Assembly: GCA_964532485.1 (NCBI GenBank)
Contig: CAZHKE010000006.1
Span: 47,280 to 89,383 of the forward strand
Length of the DNA stretch: 42,104 nucleotides
Origin: an uncultured Bifidobacteriaceae bacterium
GTDB taxonomy: Bacteria > Actinomycetota > Acidimicrobiia > IMCC26256 > PALSA-555
Reading direction: 5' to 3'
In this document: piece after piece, positions 17,726-29,250 of the stretch
How positions within the stretch are numbered: position 1 is the first letter of the stretch
Layout of the letters: each line of letters begins with the position of its first letter
Translations under genes and position numbers: made by a program
Notes under the pieces: model-generated
Databases searched by the model: none
What the model was told of the DNA's origin: nothing
The model's input: the letters and a program-made list of their open reading frames with translations, nothing else

Positions 17726-19192
17726 ATGGGCGAAGCCCGCATGCTCGTCGACGGCAAGCTCGTCGACGCCGAGGGTGGCGAGACCTTCGACAACGTCGAT
17801 CCGACGACCGAAGCCGTGCTCGGCCCGGTCGCCGACGGCTCGGCGGCCGACATGGCTGCCGCGATCGCCGCAGCACGATCCGCGTTCGACCACACGTCGT
17901 GGTCGACCGACAAGGCGCTGCGCAAGCGCTGCCTCGAGCAGCTCCAGGTCGCGATCGAGTCCGAGCAAGAGGAGCTGCGCCAGGAGCTCGTCGCCGAGGT
18001 CGGCTGCCCGATCGCGCTCACCTACGGCCCGCAGCTCGACGCACCGGTGAAGCGAGCGCTGAGCTGGCCGCGGCAGATGATCGATGAGTTCGAGTGGGAG
18101 CGCACGCTCCCGGCGGTTGACGCCCTCGGCTTCGGCATCCTGACCGCTCGTGAGGTGTGGAAGGAGCCCAAGGGCGTCATCGGGACCATCGTCCCGTGGA
18201 ACTTTCCCATCGAGCTCATCCTGACGAAGCTCGGACCGATCCTGGCGATGGGCAACACGTGCGTGTTGAAGCCGGCGCCGGACACGCCGTGGAACGCCAC
18301 CCGAGTGGGGCGTCTGATCGCCGAGTCGACCGAGATCCCCCCTGGCGTCGTCAACGTCGTCACTTCGTCCGACCACCTCGTCGGTGAGGTGATCACGACC
18401 TCGCCCGAGGTGGACATGGTGGCCTTCACCGGGTCGACCGCGACCGGCCGGCGGATCATGGAGGGCGCCTCGGCCACCGTCAAGGACGTCTTCCTCGAGC
18501 TGGGCGGCAAGTCCGCCAACATCGTGCTCGACGACGCCGATTTCGAGGCGTTCTTCGGCATGGCCGCGATGGCGTGCATGCACGGCGGCCAGGCGTGTGC
18601 GCAGGCGTCGCGCCTGCTCGTGCCCCGTCACCGGTACGATGAGGCAGTCGAGATCGCCAAGGCCAGCTTCGAGAGTTGGAGCTATGGCGACCCGAGGCAG
18701 TTCGAGAACCTCCAGGGCCCGCAGATCTCGAAGCGCCAGCAAGAGCGCGTGCTCGGCTACATCGACACGGGCAAGAGCGAAGGTGCACGCGTGGTCACCG
18801 GAGGCGGCATCCCGGCCCACCTCGACAAGGGCTTCTTCGTCGAGCCGACCCTCTTCGTGGACGTCACCAACGACATGACGATCGCCCGTGAGGAGATCTT
18901 CGGCCCGGTGCTGGCGATGATCCCTTTCGACGACGACGCCGACGCGGTGCGCATCGCGAACGACAGCCCCTACGGCCTCGCGGGGGGCGTCACCTCAGGC
19001 GACCTGGATCGCGCGAAGGCGGTCGCCCGGAAGGTGCGCACCGGGACGCTCAGCGTGAACGGCGGCATCTGGTACGACGCCGACGCCCCGTTCGGCGGCT
19101 ACAAGGGCTCGGGAATCGGCCGCCAATGTGGCATCGAGGGCCTGGAGATCTTCACCCAGACGAAGACCGTCGGATGGCCGGCCGAAGGCTGA
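17726..19192 (+). CDS. Aldehyde dehydrogenase (AldA/Rv0768-like)
   Basis: PWNFP, LKPAP, FTGS, LELGGKS, HGGQAC catalytic Cys, EEIFGP, PFGGYK. Confidence 0.93.
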   Translation: MGEARMLVDGKLVDAEGGETFDNVDPTTEAVLGPVADGSAADMAAAIAAARSAFDHTSWSTDKALRKRCLEQLQVAIESEQEELRQELVAEVGCPIALTYGPQLDAPVKRALSWPRQMIDEFEWERTLPAVDALGFGILTAREVWKEPKGVIGTIVPWNFPIELILTKLGPILAMGNTCVLKPAPDTPWNATRVGRLIAESTEIPPGVVNVVTSSDHLVGEVITTSPEVDMVAFTGSTATGRRIMEGASATVKDVFLELGGKSANIVLDDADFEAFFGMAAMACMHGGQACAQASRLLVPRHRYDEAVEIAKASFESWSYGDPRQFENLQGPQISKRQQERVLGYIDTGKSEGARVVTGGGIPAHLDKGFFVEPTLFVDVTNDMTIAREEIFGPVLAMIPFDDDADAVRIANDSPYGLAGGVTSGDLDRAKAVARKVRTGTLSVNGGIWYDADAPFGGYKGSGIGRQCGIEGLEIFTQTKTVGWPAEG

Positions 19193-19247
19193 TCGAACGC
19201 TCGGCGCGATCCCGCGTGCACCCGGTCTCGATCTGCACAGGAGGACG

Positions 19248-20774
<1,527 letters not shown>

Positions 20775-20783
20775 CCGCGAGCG

Positions 20784-21497
20784 TCAGTCGAGCTCGGTGT
20801 CGCCGAAGTAGGCGGCCTCGAGCCGTTCGGCCTTCCCCCGCAGCTCGTCGGCCGTACCGCGCAGCACGATGGACCCGCGGTTGAGCACCGCCGCGTGGTC
20901 GGCCACCTCGAGGGCGAGGGTGACGTGCTGCTCCACGAGGAGGATGGCACAGCCGTCCTCTGCCGCCGTCTGCTTCACGCGGTCGAACAGCCTCTCGACC
21001 ACGAGCGGGGCCAACCCCATGCTCATCTCGTCCACCAAGAGTGCCCGGGGCGCCTGGATCAGGGCACGGGCCATGGCGAGCATCTGCTGCTCGCCGCCCG
21101 ACAGCGCCCCTGCGCGAATGGACCACCGAGGCTCGAGGGCCGGAAACACGTCGAGCATCTCGCGTGGCGATCGGTGCCCCTTGCGGCGGGCGGCCTTGAG
21201 ATTCTCCTCGACCGTCAGCGTCGTGAACAGACTGCGGTTGTCCGGAACCAGGACGATCCCTGCCTTCGCCGCGAGGCTCGGGCGTCCTGACTTCAGGGGC
21301 TGGCCGTCGACGAACACGGCACCGTCCTGGAGCGGGAGGAAGCCTGCGAGCGTGAGGAGCAGCGTCGTCTTGCCCGCGCCGTTGGGGCCCAAGAGGGCTT
21401 GGATGGCGCCCGCGTCGATGCTGACGTCGACGTCGCGGAACGCCACCGTCCGGCCGCGACCGCCGGTGAGCCCGGAGCCCTCGAGGCGAGGAGTCAT
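20784..21497 (-). CDS. ABC transporter ATP-binding protein, LivF-like
   Basis: GPNGAGKT, LSGGEQQM, VDEMSMGLAP, LLVEQ; ATGA overlap with the upstream gene. Confidence 0.92.
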   Translation of the reverse strand: MTPRLEGSGLTGGRGRTVAFRDVDVSIDAGAIQALLGPNGAGKTTLLLTLAGFLPLQDGAVFVDGQPLKSGRPSLAAKAGIVLVPDNRSLFTTLTVEENLKAARRKGHRSPREMLDVFPALEPRWSIRAGALSGGEQQMLAMARALIQAPRALLVDEMSMGLAPLVVERLFDRVKQTAAEDGCAILLVEQHVTLALEVADHAAVLNRGSIVLRGTADELRGKAERLEAAYFGDTELD

Positions 21498-24247
21498 TCC
21501 GGCTCCGCCGCCGCGTCGTGGACGTGTCCGAGGTACGCGTCGGCGACGGCGCGGTTGGATCGGATCGAACCCGCGTCGCCCTCGGCGATGACACACCCGA
21601 AGTCGAGCACGTAGAGGTCATCGCAGACGTCGAACATGAGCGCGACGTCGTGGTCGACGAGCAGAACGCCCGTCCCCGTGGCGCTGATCGCACCGATCCG
21701 CTCGCCGAGCCAGGCGGTCTCGACGGAGTCCAAGCCAGCGGCAGGCTCGTCCAGCATGAGCGCCTTCGGGCCCGTCGCGCAGGCTCGGGCGATGGACAGG
21801 AGCTGGCGCTGACCCTGGCTCAGGCTTCCCGCGTCGCGAGCGCGAAGCTCCGCGATCCCCACGAGATCGAGCGCTTCGCCCACGATGTCGTGGCGCGACT
21901 CTTCGCGCGTGGCGAAGGCGGCGGCACGTACGTTCTCCTCGACGGTGAGGTCGTCGTAGAGCTCCAGCGACTGGAACGTGCGGGCCAGCCCGCGACGCAC
22001 TCGCTGGTGAGGGGGCAGGCCGTCGATGCGGCTGCCGTCCAGCACGACGGCCCCGGTGGCCTCGGTGAAGCCCGAGATGGCGTCGATCGCACTCGTCTTG
22101 CCGGCGCCGTTGGGGCCGATGAGGCCCACGATCCCGCCGGCAGGGATCCGCAGGGAGAGCTCGGCGACCGCGACGACGCCCTCGTAGTGGACCGTCAAGT
22201 GGTCCACCTCGAGGACGTCGGGCGTGCCCGGGGGCGGGGCATTGCGCGGCGTGGCTCGGGGCGAGGCGGACGTCAGGCGGCTCGTGCGGGAAGGGTCGGT
22301 CGGGGCGCCGTCACGCTTCCGGCGCCACGCGTCGAGCCGGTCCGCCAGCCGGTGGCCGATGCTGGCGAGCCCCTCGGGATTCTGGATGAGCGTCACGATC
22401 ACGGCGACACCGCTGATGATCGCGAACCACTCGCCGAGGTCGATCCACTGGTCGGCCAGGTAGAACACGACACCATCTGCTATCAGGACCCCGGCCAGCA
22501 GACCGCCGAACACCGAGGTGACGCCGGCGAGGTACGCAGTAGAGAGGATGGTCAAGCCCCCGAGGGCGGTGAAGCTGACCCAGGTGACGGTGCCGAGGCG
22601 GTAGGCGAGGAGACTGCCCCCGAGCCCGGCGATGAACGAGGCGAGACCGAAGCTGACGACCTTGACGAAGGTCACGTTGATGCCGATGCCGGCCGCCGAA
22701 CGCTCGTTGGCCCGCACCGCCAGCATTGCTGACCCGAGGGATCCGGTCCGCAGCCGGGCCACACCGAAGGCGACGAGCGCGCAGACCAGGAGGCACAAGA
22801 AGCCGAACGGCAGCCGCGGAAACTCCGTACCGAGGCCGACGCCGAGGTCGAGACCCAAGAGCGTCGGCTGGGTGACCCGGGCACCGGAGGCGTCGATGTA
22901 GTCCGTGTTGCGGAACCAGACCGCTTCCAGGCCGAACGCGAGGGCGAGGGTCACGACGCCAAGCGTCAGGCCTCGCAGCCGCAACGCAGGGAGGCCCACG
23001 AGCACGCCGATCGCCGTTGCCGCGAGCGCAGCGAGCAACGGGGCGATGGGGAACGGCACGCCCCAGCTCTCGGTGAGAAAGGTGAGGACGAACGCGCTGA
23101 CGCCCGCGATGGCCAGCTGCGCCAGGGACACCTGCCCGGCGTAGCCCGTGACGACGACCAGCGAGAGTGCGATCACCGCGCCGATCAGGGTCGTGATGAC
23201 CGCCAGCCGGGCCGAGCCGCTGGTGAGGACGAGGGCCCCGGATCCGACGGCGAGTCCCACGACCATCGCGGTCGCGATCGACCGGGGTCGGGGCGCCCTG
23301 CCGAGCGGCGTCCGCAGCAGCGCGCCGCGCTCGGGGACGGCGCGGCCGGTCACGAGGAGTGCGATGAGCATCACGACGAGCGGGACCATGTCACCGACGC
23401 CGGCCTGCGGAATCCACGAGTGGAGCCCTGACAGGTAGACGAGCCAGGCCTGGACCATCCCGATGAGGATCCCGGCCAGGACGCTCGGCACGAGGTACTG
23501 GAACCTGCCGACGATGGCGGCGGCGAGGGCAGGTACGACGAACAGCGTGTAGGAGGCCGGTGTCACGGGGGCCAGCGGAGCGATGAGGATGCCGGCGATG
23601 CCGGTGACGGCACCGCTGACGATCCAGTTCAAGAGAGCGATCCGATCGGGCGAGATGCCGCTCACGTACGCGCCCATCTGGGACTCCGCGGTGGCTCGGG
23701 TGTGGAGGCCGAACGGAGTCCATCGGTAGAGCGCGGTGATCGCCAACGTGAGCACGACCACTGTGGCGGCGAGGTAGAACCGGTCCGACAGCAGCGCCAG
23801 GTCTCCGAACGTCCACCGTTCGGACGGGTAGATCGCGGTCACGCTCACCGGAGTCGTGCCGAGCCGGTTCGACATCAGCGACTGCAGGACGACGAGCACG
23901 CCGAGCGAGGCCACGGCACGAGCGAGCGGAGGGGCGTTCCTGAGCGGGCGGAAGACGACGACGTACAACAGCGCGCCAAGGAGCGCGGAGATCGCCAAGG
24001 TCAGCAGCAGCGCCGGGGCGGGGGCGACCTCGCCGGGGAGGTCCACGGTCGTCGGCAGTCCGGGAACGATCAGCAGGAGCTTGCCGTCGCGGAGGAACGC
24101 GTACGTGTACGCCGCGTACAGGGCTTGGGCCCCCGTGGCGAAGTTGATGACCCCCGACGCCCGGTACGTCAGAACGAGCGCGAGCGCCAGCGCCGCGTAG
24201 GTTCCTCCGTTGCCGAGTCCGAGGAGTGACGACGCGAAATGATCCAC
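21494..24247 (-). CDS. Fused Liv-type ABC permease-permease-ATPase (LivH-LivM-LivG-like)
   Basis: SGVINFA (LivH-like), GYAGQVSLAQ and PALRLRG (LivM-like), GPNGAGKT...LARTFQ...LDEPAAGL (LivG-like). Confidence 0.9.
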   Translation of the reverse strand: MDHFASSLLGLGNGGTYAALALALVLTYRASGVINFATGAQALYAAYTYAFLRDGKLLLIVPGLPTTVDLPGEVAPAPALLLTLAISALLGALLYVVVFRPLRNAPPLARAVASLGVLVVLQSLMSNRLGTTPVSVTAIYPSERWTFGDLALLSDRFYLAATVVVLTLAITALYRWTPFGLHTRATAESQMGAYVSGISPDRIALLNWIVSGAVTGIAGILIAPLAPVTPASYTLFVVPALAAAIVGRFQYLVPSVLAGILIGMVQAWLVYLSGLHSWIPQAGVGDMVPLVVMLIALLVTGRAVPERGALLRTPLGRAPRPRSIATAMVVGLAVGSGALVLTSGSARLAVITTLIGAVIALSLVVVTGYAGQVSLAQLAIAGVSAFVLTFLTESWGVPFPIAPLLAALAATAIGVLVGLPALRLRGLTLGVVTLALAFGLEAVWFRNTDYIDASGARVTQPTLLGLDLGVGLGTEFPRLPFGFLCLLVCALVAFGVARLRTGSLGSAMLAVRANERSAAGIGINVTFVKVVSFGLASFIAGLGGSLLAYRLGTVTWVSFTALGGLTILSTAYLAGVTSVFGGLLAGVLIADGVVFYLADQWIDLGEWFAIISGVAVIVTLIQNPEGLASIGHRLADRLDAWRRKRDGAPTDPSRTSRLTSASPRATPRNAPPPGTPDVLEVDHLTVHYEGVVAVAELSLRIPAGGIVGLIGPNGAGKTSAIDAISGFTEATGAVVLDGSRIDGLPPHQRVRRGLARTFQSLELYDDLTVEENVRAAAFATREESRHDIVGEALDLVGIAELRARDAGSLSQGQRQLLSIARACATGPKALMLDEPAAGLDSVETAWLGERIGAISATGTGVLLVDHDVALMFDVCDDLYVLDFGCVIAEGDAGSIRSNRAVADAYLGHVHDAAAEPE

Positions 24248-24308
24248 CGACCGACCCGCCGCTCTCGGGCTACGCCACTGCTAGTGATCTCGTGCCAGGT
24301 GATCTCGC

Positions 24309-25580
24309 CTAGCTCGCAGCCGGGTCCTCCTCACCCAGCGTCTTGAACGTCGTGATGTTCCCTTCGTCGTCGAGAGTCGTGTACAGCACCTCGTTCGCCG
24401 CACAGATGGCCCGCCCGGTCGGGTCGGCCTTGCCGTTGCAGCGGAAGTGCTGCCCGCCCGTACCGGGCATCACGCTGTCCGGCATCGACTTGATCGCCTT
24501 GGTGACGCTCGCGGGGTTCACCGCGCCCTCTACGCCGTTCGCCGCGATGGCGAACGACGAGGCCACGATGAATGCTACGAGGCCGTTGTTGGCCTCAGGG
24601 TCGGCTCCCGACTCCCCGTACTCGTCGAGCACGGCGAGGTACTGCACGACCGATGGGTTCGACTTGTCAGCGAACGGCGTCGTCGCGCCGACGGTGACTC
24701 CTTCGAGGAAGTCTCCGGGTACCGCGTTCCTCGTCACATCGGTGATGCACTCCTGGATCGCGACCACCTCACCCTTGAAGCCTGCGGTCCGCAAACCGTT
24801 GAGCGCGGCGGCGCAGAACGAGTCGTTGCCGACGATGTTCACCACGCCCTTCGGGTTGTCCGACACGACCTGCTGCATCTGCGGCGTCATGTCGGCGGTG
24901 CCGGGCGGCACCTCGACGATCTCCAGCTTGCGCCCCTGCGCCTCGATGCGGCTCCGGGCGGCCTCGACCGCGTCGACCGCGGCAGGGACACCGATGACGA
25001 CGGCAGTGACGGTCTTGGCGCCGTTCTCCTTGGCGATGCCCGCAGGCAAGTCGCCCAGGAGGCCGTTCGGGTTGGTGAGAGCGAACGTCCTCTTGTCGTT
25101 CAGCAGGTCCTCCTCGGTGATGCCGTAGAACATCACGGGGATCTTGGCCTCGTGCAGCACGGACCAGAGGCTCTCGGCCTGAGTCGAGTTGGAGACGAAG
25201 ACGCCGGCCACCCCGTCGCTGATCAATTGGTTGGCGCAGTCAGCAGCCTTGCCCGGGTCGGCGTCCGTCGTGCACACGATCAGGTCGATGGGGTGGCCGC
25301 CCAGCCCACCCATGTGCTCGTTCAGCCACTTCACCGTCGCTTCGGCGGCCTGGATGTCGATCTCGTTGCTGATGCCCTCACTCACGCCGTCCGCGATCAT
25401 CCCGATCTTCGCCGGTGTCCCGCTGGCCTTGTTCTTGGGCCCGAGCGGGTCCCCAGAGGACTCACTCGTCGACGGGTCGTCGCTCCCCGTGGCCGAGGCC
25501 GCGCTGGTGAATGCCGACGTCATCAGCAGCGCCGCGGTCAACGCGAGACCCGCGCTCCGTCGCGCCCACTTCGCAGTCAT
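24309..25580 (-). CDS. ABC substrate-binding protein, type I (LivJ/K-like)
   Basis: Signal peptide MTAKWARRSAGLALTAALL..ASA; NEHMGGLGGHPIDLIVC, DPGKAADCANQL, DMTPQ; lies upstream of the Liv permease. Confidence 0.88.
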   Translation of the reverse strand: MTAKWARRSAGLALTAALLMTSAFTSAASATGSDDPSTSESSGDPLGPKNKASGTPAKIGMIADGVSEGISNEIDIQAAEATVKWLNEHMGGLGGHPIDLIVCTTDADPGKAADCANQLISDGVAGVFVSNSTQAESLWSVLHEAKIPVMFYGITEEDLLNDKRTFALTNPNGLLGDLPAGIAKENGAKTVTAVVIGVPAAVDAVEAARSRIEAQGRKLEIVEVPPGTADMTPQMQQVVSDNPKGVVNIVGNDSFCAAALNGLRTAGFKGEVVAIQECITDVTRNAVPGDFLEGVTVGATTPFADKSNPSVVQYLAVLDEYGESGADPEANNGLVAFIVASSFAIAANGVEGAVNPASVTKAIKSMPDSVMPGTGGQHFRCNGKADPTGRAICAANEVLYTTLDDEGNITTFKTLGEEDPAAS

Positions 25581-25630
25581 CCTCGTTCCCCCCTGATGAT
25601 CGAAATGTTGACGATGAATCAAACGCCGCG

Positions 25631-25660
25631 CACGCTAGTTGACGCAACATAGAAAAGTCA
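25631..25660 (+). promoter_or_regulatory. Conserved operator/promoter block, copy E
   Basis: CACGCTAGTTGACGCAACATAGAAAAGTCA in the binding-protein/TetR divergent region; one base shorter than copies A and C. Confidence 0.7.
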
Positions 25661-25783
25661 CGCCCCCCAGGGCGGGGCCGGGACTCGAGAGGGCTGCCCA
25701 CGGCTCTCGGTTCCCCGTCCCCCGACCGACGAGTCAGTAGGTTGAAGGACAGTGATGCCAGTCAAGAGAATGCGCTGAGGAGC

Positions 25784-26440
25784 ATGCCTCGAACAGGCGA
25801 GGACACCGTGAGCCCGCAGCCCGCGCGCGCGGCGGTCGGCCGCCCAGCGGTCATCAGCCTCGACGACGCGCTCGAGGCCGCCACGGCCCTCGCCGAACAG
25901 GTGGGCATCGACGGGCTGACGATGGGCCTCGTGGCCGAGAAGCTGGGAGTGACTGCGGCGGCCCTCTACCACTACGTGCCCAGCAAGCAGGCCCTCGTCA
26001 ACCTCGTCGTCGACCGGGCGTTCGAGAAGGTCCAAGCGCCGGCGGTCGACGCCGGAACGTGGGACGAACGACTCCGGATCTTCGAGCGGGCGGTTCGCGC
26101 CGAGCTGCGGAGGCTGAAGTGGGGGACTCCGGAGGTCATCGTGAACGGCGAGCCCCCGGCGTCGCTCCGTCGCCTGTTCGGAGTCGGCATCGACATCCTC
26201 TCCGAGACGGGCGCCGACGAGCGCGAGGTGATGCTCGCCTACACGACCGTCTACGCGTTCATGGTCGGGCAGCTCTGGTTCGACAGCGCGACCAGCGACC
26301 TCCCGGTCGGCGAACCCTTGCAGATCCGGGTCGCGGCCGAGGAAGCCGGCATCACGAACGATGCGCTCTTCGAGCAGGGCATCGAGATCGTCATCTCCGG
26401 CCTCCGCCAGCGCCTCGAGCGGTCGCAGCGACAGAAGTAG
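25784..26440 (+). CDS. TetR/AcrR family transcriptional regulator
   Basis: HTH GIDGLTMGLVAEKLGVTAAALYHYVPSKQAL; TetR_C-like FEQGIEIVISGL; GAGGAG before ATG 25784. Confidence 0.92.
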   Translation: MPRTGEDTVSPQPARAAVGRPAVISLDDALEAATALAEQVGIDGLTMGLVAEKLGVTAAALYHYVPSKQALVNLVVDRAFEKVQAPAVDAGTWDERLRIFERAVRAELRRLKWGTPEVIVNGEPPASLRRLFGVGIDILSETGADEREVMLAYTTVYAFMVGQLWFDSATSDLPVGEPLQIRVAAEEAGITNDALFEQGIEIVISGLRQRLERSQRQK

Positions 26441-26538
26441 CCGCGAAGGCCATGACGCGGCGTGCGCGCCGCGTTTTCTAACGCGAACAGGAAACCTCGG
26501 ATACAGTGACGCCCGGTCCGAGGAGAGGAGTTCGCGCG

Positions 26539-27810
26539 ATGACCATCAGCGTCGAGGAGTTCGTCGAGCACTTCGACTTCACGCACCCCGACTTCCCGAA
26601 CCTGCCCCCCGACTTCATCTGGGAGGTGTACCGGCGCCTGCGGGCTCAGCGACCGGTCGCCCTCGCGCAGAACCGGTACGACCAGCCCGGGCTGCCGAAG
26701 AAGGAAGCCGCCGAGTGGCACATCATCGGTTACAACGAGGTCTACGAGGTGCTCCAGGACTCGAAGCGGTTCTCTTCGAAGGTCTTCGGCGTCAGCACGG
26801 GTCTCGAGGGCAGCATCATCTCGCTCGACCCACCGGAGCAGAACCGAGACAAGAAGTTCATCAACCCGTTCTTCTCGCCCGAGCGCATGCGGGCCTTGGA
26901 GGGTCCCGTTCGCGACGCCGTCGATCGCGAGATCGACTCGTTCATCGAACGTGGCTCGGGCGACCTCGCGCGCGTGGCGTGGCGCGTTCCCGGACTGATC
27001 CTGTTTCAGGAGCTCCTCGGCTTTCCGCCGGGCGACGTCCAGGGCATTCTCGATGCGATGCATCCCGAGATCGAGGGTGACGCCCCTGACATGTCCGACA
27101 TGGAAGTCGCGGTGGGAATGCTGTCCGCGCTGGTCGCGTACTGCACCGATCAGCTGATCTCGCGTCGCGACAACCCGGCGCCCGACGAGCTCAACGTCTT
27201 CGACCACCTCTTGCACACGAGCATCGATGGCGAGGACTTCCCGTTCGACAAGATCGTGGCCAACGCCGTGCTGCTCGTCGCCGCAGGACTCGAGACCACG
27301 TCGAACGCCCTCACCAACGCGTACGTGTGGCTCGCACAACACCCCGACCAGCGCGATCGGCTGGTCGAGGATCCGACCATGATCCCCAAGGCTGTCGAGG
27401 AGCTGATCCGGTACACCGGGTCGGTCCATGGCCTGGGTCGCATCGCGGTGGAGGACGTCGAGGTCGGTGGTTGCCCCATCAAGAAGGGCGACTTCGTGAC
27501 CCCCAACTTCGCGGCGGCGAACCGAGACCCGCGCGAGTTCGACGATCCCGACGAATGCATCATCGACCGAGACCCCAACCGCCACCTCGCCTTCGGCGCC
27601 GGTTACCACCGGTGCGTCGGTTCCAACCTCGCTCGCATGGAGATGCGGGTTGGGATCGAACAGGCCCTTGCCCGGCTCTCGGACTACCGCATCCCCGACG
27701 ACCGGTCCGCGACCTACCGGCACGGGCTGATCCCGGGGTACCCGCACATCCCGGTCGAGTTCACGCCGGGGCCACGCCGGTTCCCGGCCGAGGTGACGGC
27801 GCCGTCATGA
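26539..27810 (+). CDS. Cytochrome P450
   Basis: LDPPEQ, AAGLETT, EELIR, FGAGYHRCVG; GAGGAG RBS before ATG 26539. Confidence 0.93.
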   Translation: MTISVEEFVEHFDFTHPDFPNLPPDFIWEVYRRLRAQRPVALAQNRYDQPGLPKKEAAEWHIIGYNEVYEVLQDSKRFSSKVFGVSTGLEGSIISLDPPEQNRDKKFINPFFSPERMRALEGPVRDAVDREIDSFIERGSGDLARVAWRVPGLILFQELLGFPPGDVQGILDAMHPEIEGDAPDMSDMEVAVGMLSALVAYCTDQLISRRDNPAPDELNVFDHLLHTSIDGEDFPFDKIVANAVLLVAAGLETTSNALTNAYVWLAQHPDQRDRLVEDPTMIPKAVEELIRYTGSVHGLGRIAVEDVEVGGCPIKKGDFVTPNFAAANRDPREFDDPDECIIDRDPNRHLAFGAGYHRCVGSNLARMEMRVGIEQALARLSDYRIPDDRSATYRHGLIPGYPHIPVEFTPGPRRFPAEVTAPS

Positions 27811-27909
27811 ACGGGACCGTGAGTCCGCCGGCACCAGCGCGCGGTGCGGTCTCGACTCTGACAGACGACGATCGGTCCCGGCCGCCCCAAGCACCGAGCC
27901 AGACGTTGC

Positions 27910-29145
27910 GTGAGCGACCAGAGGGTTACTGACGTCATGCCGCCGCTGGAAGGGATCCGCGTCGTCGACCTCGCGCTGTGGGCGGCAGGCCCGGGTGCGG
28001 GCGGCGTGCTCGCGCACTGGGGAGCCGACGTCGTCAAGATCGAGCAGCCGCGAAGCCCCGACCCGGTACGGGTCATCGGCGGAACCGCGGAACCGGGTGG
28101 TGCGAGCGTGATGTTCAAGCACTACAACCGGGGCAAGCGTGCGATCGCGCTCGATGTCGCAGCCGACGAGGGCTACGACATCCTGCGCCGCCTCGTGCTG
28201 CGCGCCGATGTCTTCTTGACGAGCCACCTCACCAAGACGCGACAGAAGTTGAAGATCGACGTCGACGACATCCGCGCGATCAATCCCGAGATCGTGTACG
28301 CGAAGGTGACGGGTCAAGGGCCCGCAGGGCCGGACGCGGAGCGCGGCGGATTCGACCTCGCGACGTTCTGGTGTCGCGGCGGTCTGGCCGACACAGCCGC
28401 CAAGGCCGCAGGTGTCGAGCAGCCGCCTTCCATGATCGGACACGGCGACGGTGTGGCCGCCTTCACGCTCGCCAGTGGGATCTGTGCTGCCTTGTTGCAG
28501 CGCGAACGCACGTCGACTGCGCCAGTCGTCGATTCGTCGCTGCTCGGAACCGCGATGTGGATGCTCGGCCCGAACATCGCCAGTGCGCAGTTCCCTGACG
28601 CACCGAACCACGCTTCGGTCCCTCGTGAGCTCCGAGGTCCGTCCGTCAACTGCTACAAGACGAAGGACGACAGGTACGTGCAGCTCGTCTTCCTCGGCGG
28701 CGAAGCCGACTGGCTCGACTTCTACGAGCGCGCCGAACATCCGGAGCTCGCGGGCGACCCACGGTTCGCGAACGTCGCCTTCACCGGCCCGCTGGGAGGC
28801 CCCGACGGTGCCGCGGCCGTGGCGGCGCTCGACGAGATCTTCGCGGAGCGCACTCTCGACGAGTGGCGAGTCCGCCTGTCAACGGCACGAGGCGTGTGGG
28901 CGCCGATCCAGACCCTGGAAGAGCTGTACGACGACAGCCAGACGACGGCCAACGGGTTCATCCGGCCGGTGGCCGATGCACCTGATGGTCTCAAGCTGGT
29001 GGCGCCGCCGGTGCTGTTCGATCAGGACCCGGGCGACCCCGGGCGGGCTCCCGACATCGGGGAGCACACCGACGAGGTGCTCCGGGAAGTGGGGTTCAGC
29101 GAGCTGGAGCTCACCAGGTACCGCGAGCTCGGCGTCATCGCGTAG
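27910..29145 (+). CDS. CoA-transferase family III
   Basis: LAHWGADVVKIE, NRGKRAI, catalytic Asp in HGDGVAA, APDIGEHT. Start GTG 27910 or ATG 27937. Confidence 0.92.
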   Translation: MSDQRVTDVMPPLEGIRVVDLALWAAGPGAGGVLAHWGADVVKIEQPRSPDPVRVIGGTAEPGGASVMFKHYNRGKRAIALDVAADEGYDILRRLVLRADVFLTSHLTKTRQKLKIDVDDIRAINPEIVYAKVTGQGPAGPDAERGGFDLATFWCRGGLADTAAKAAGVEQPPSMIGHGDGVAAFTLASGICAALLQRERTSTAPVVDSSLLGTAMWMLGPNIASAQFPDAPNHASVPRELRGPSVNCYKTKDDRYVQLVFLGGEADWLDFYERAEHPELAGDPRFANVAFTGPLGGPDGAAAVAALDEIFAERTLDEWRVRLSTARGVWAPIQTLEELYDDSQTTANGFIRPVADAPDGLKLVAPPVLFDQDPGDPGRAPDIGEHTDEVLREVGFSELELTRYRELGVIA

Positions 29146-29250
29146 CAGATGAGCATTGCGCGGCCTCACCGCTTCGACGACGTCGCGTCGAACGCCCGGT
29201 CCGTCGACGAAGGTCGTTGCACGCCGCCGCGTCCGAGAAGGGGGGCGTGA

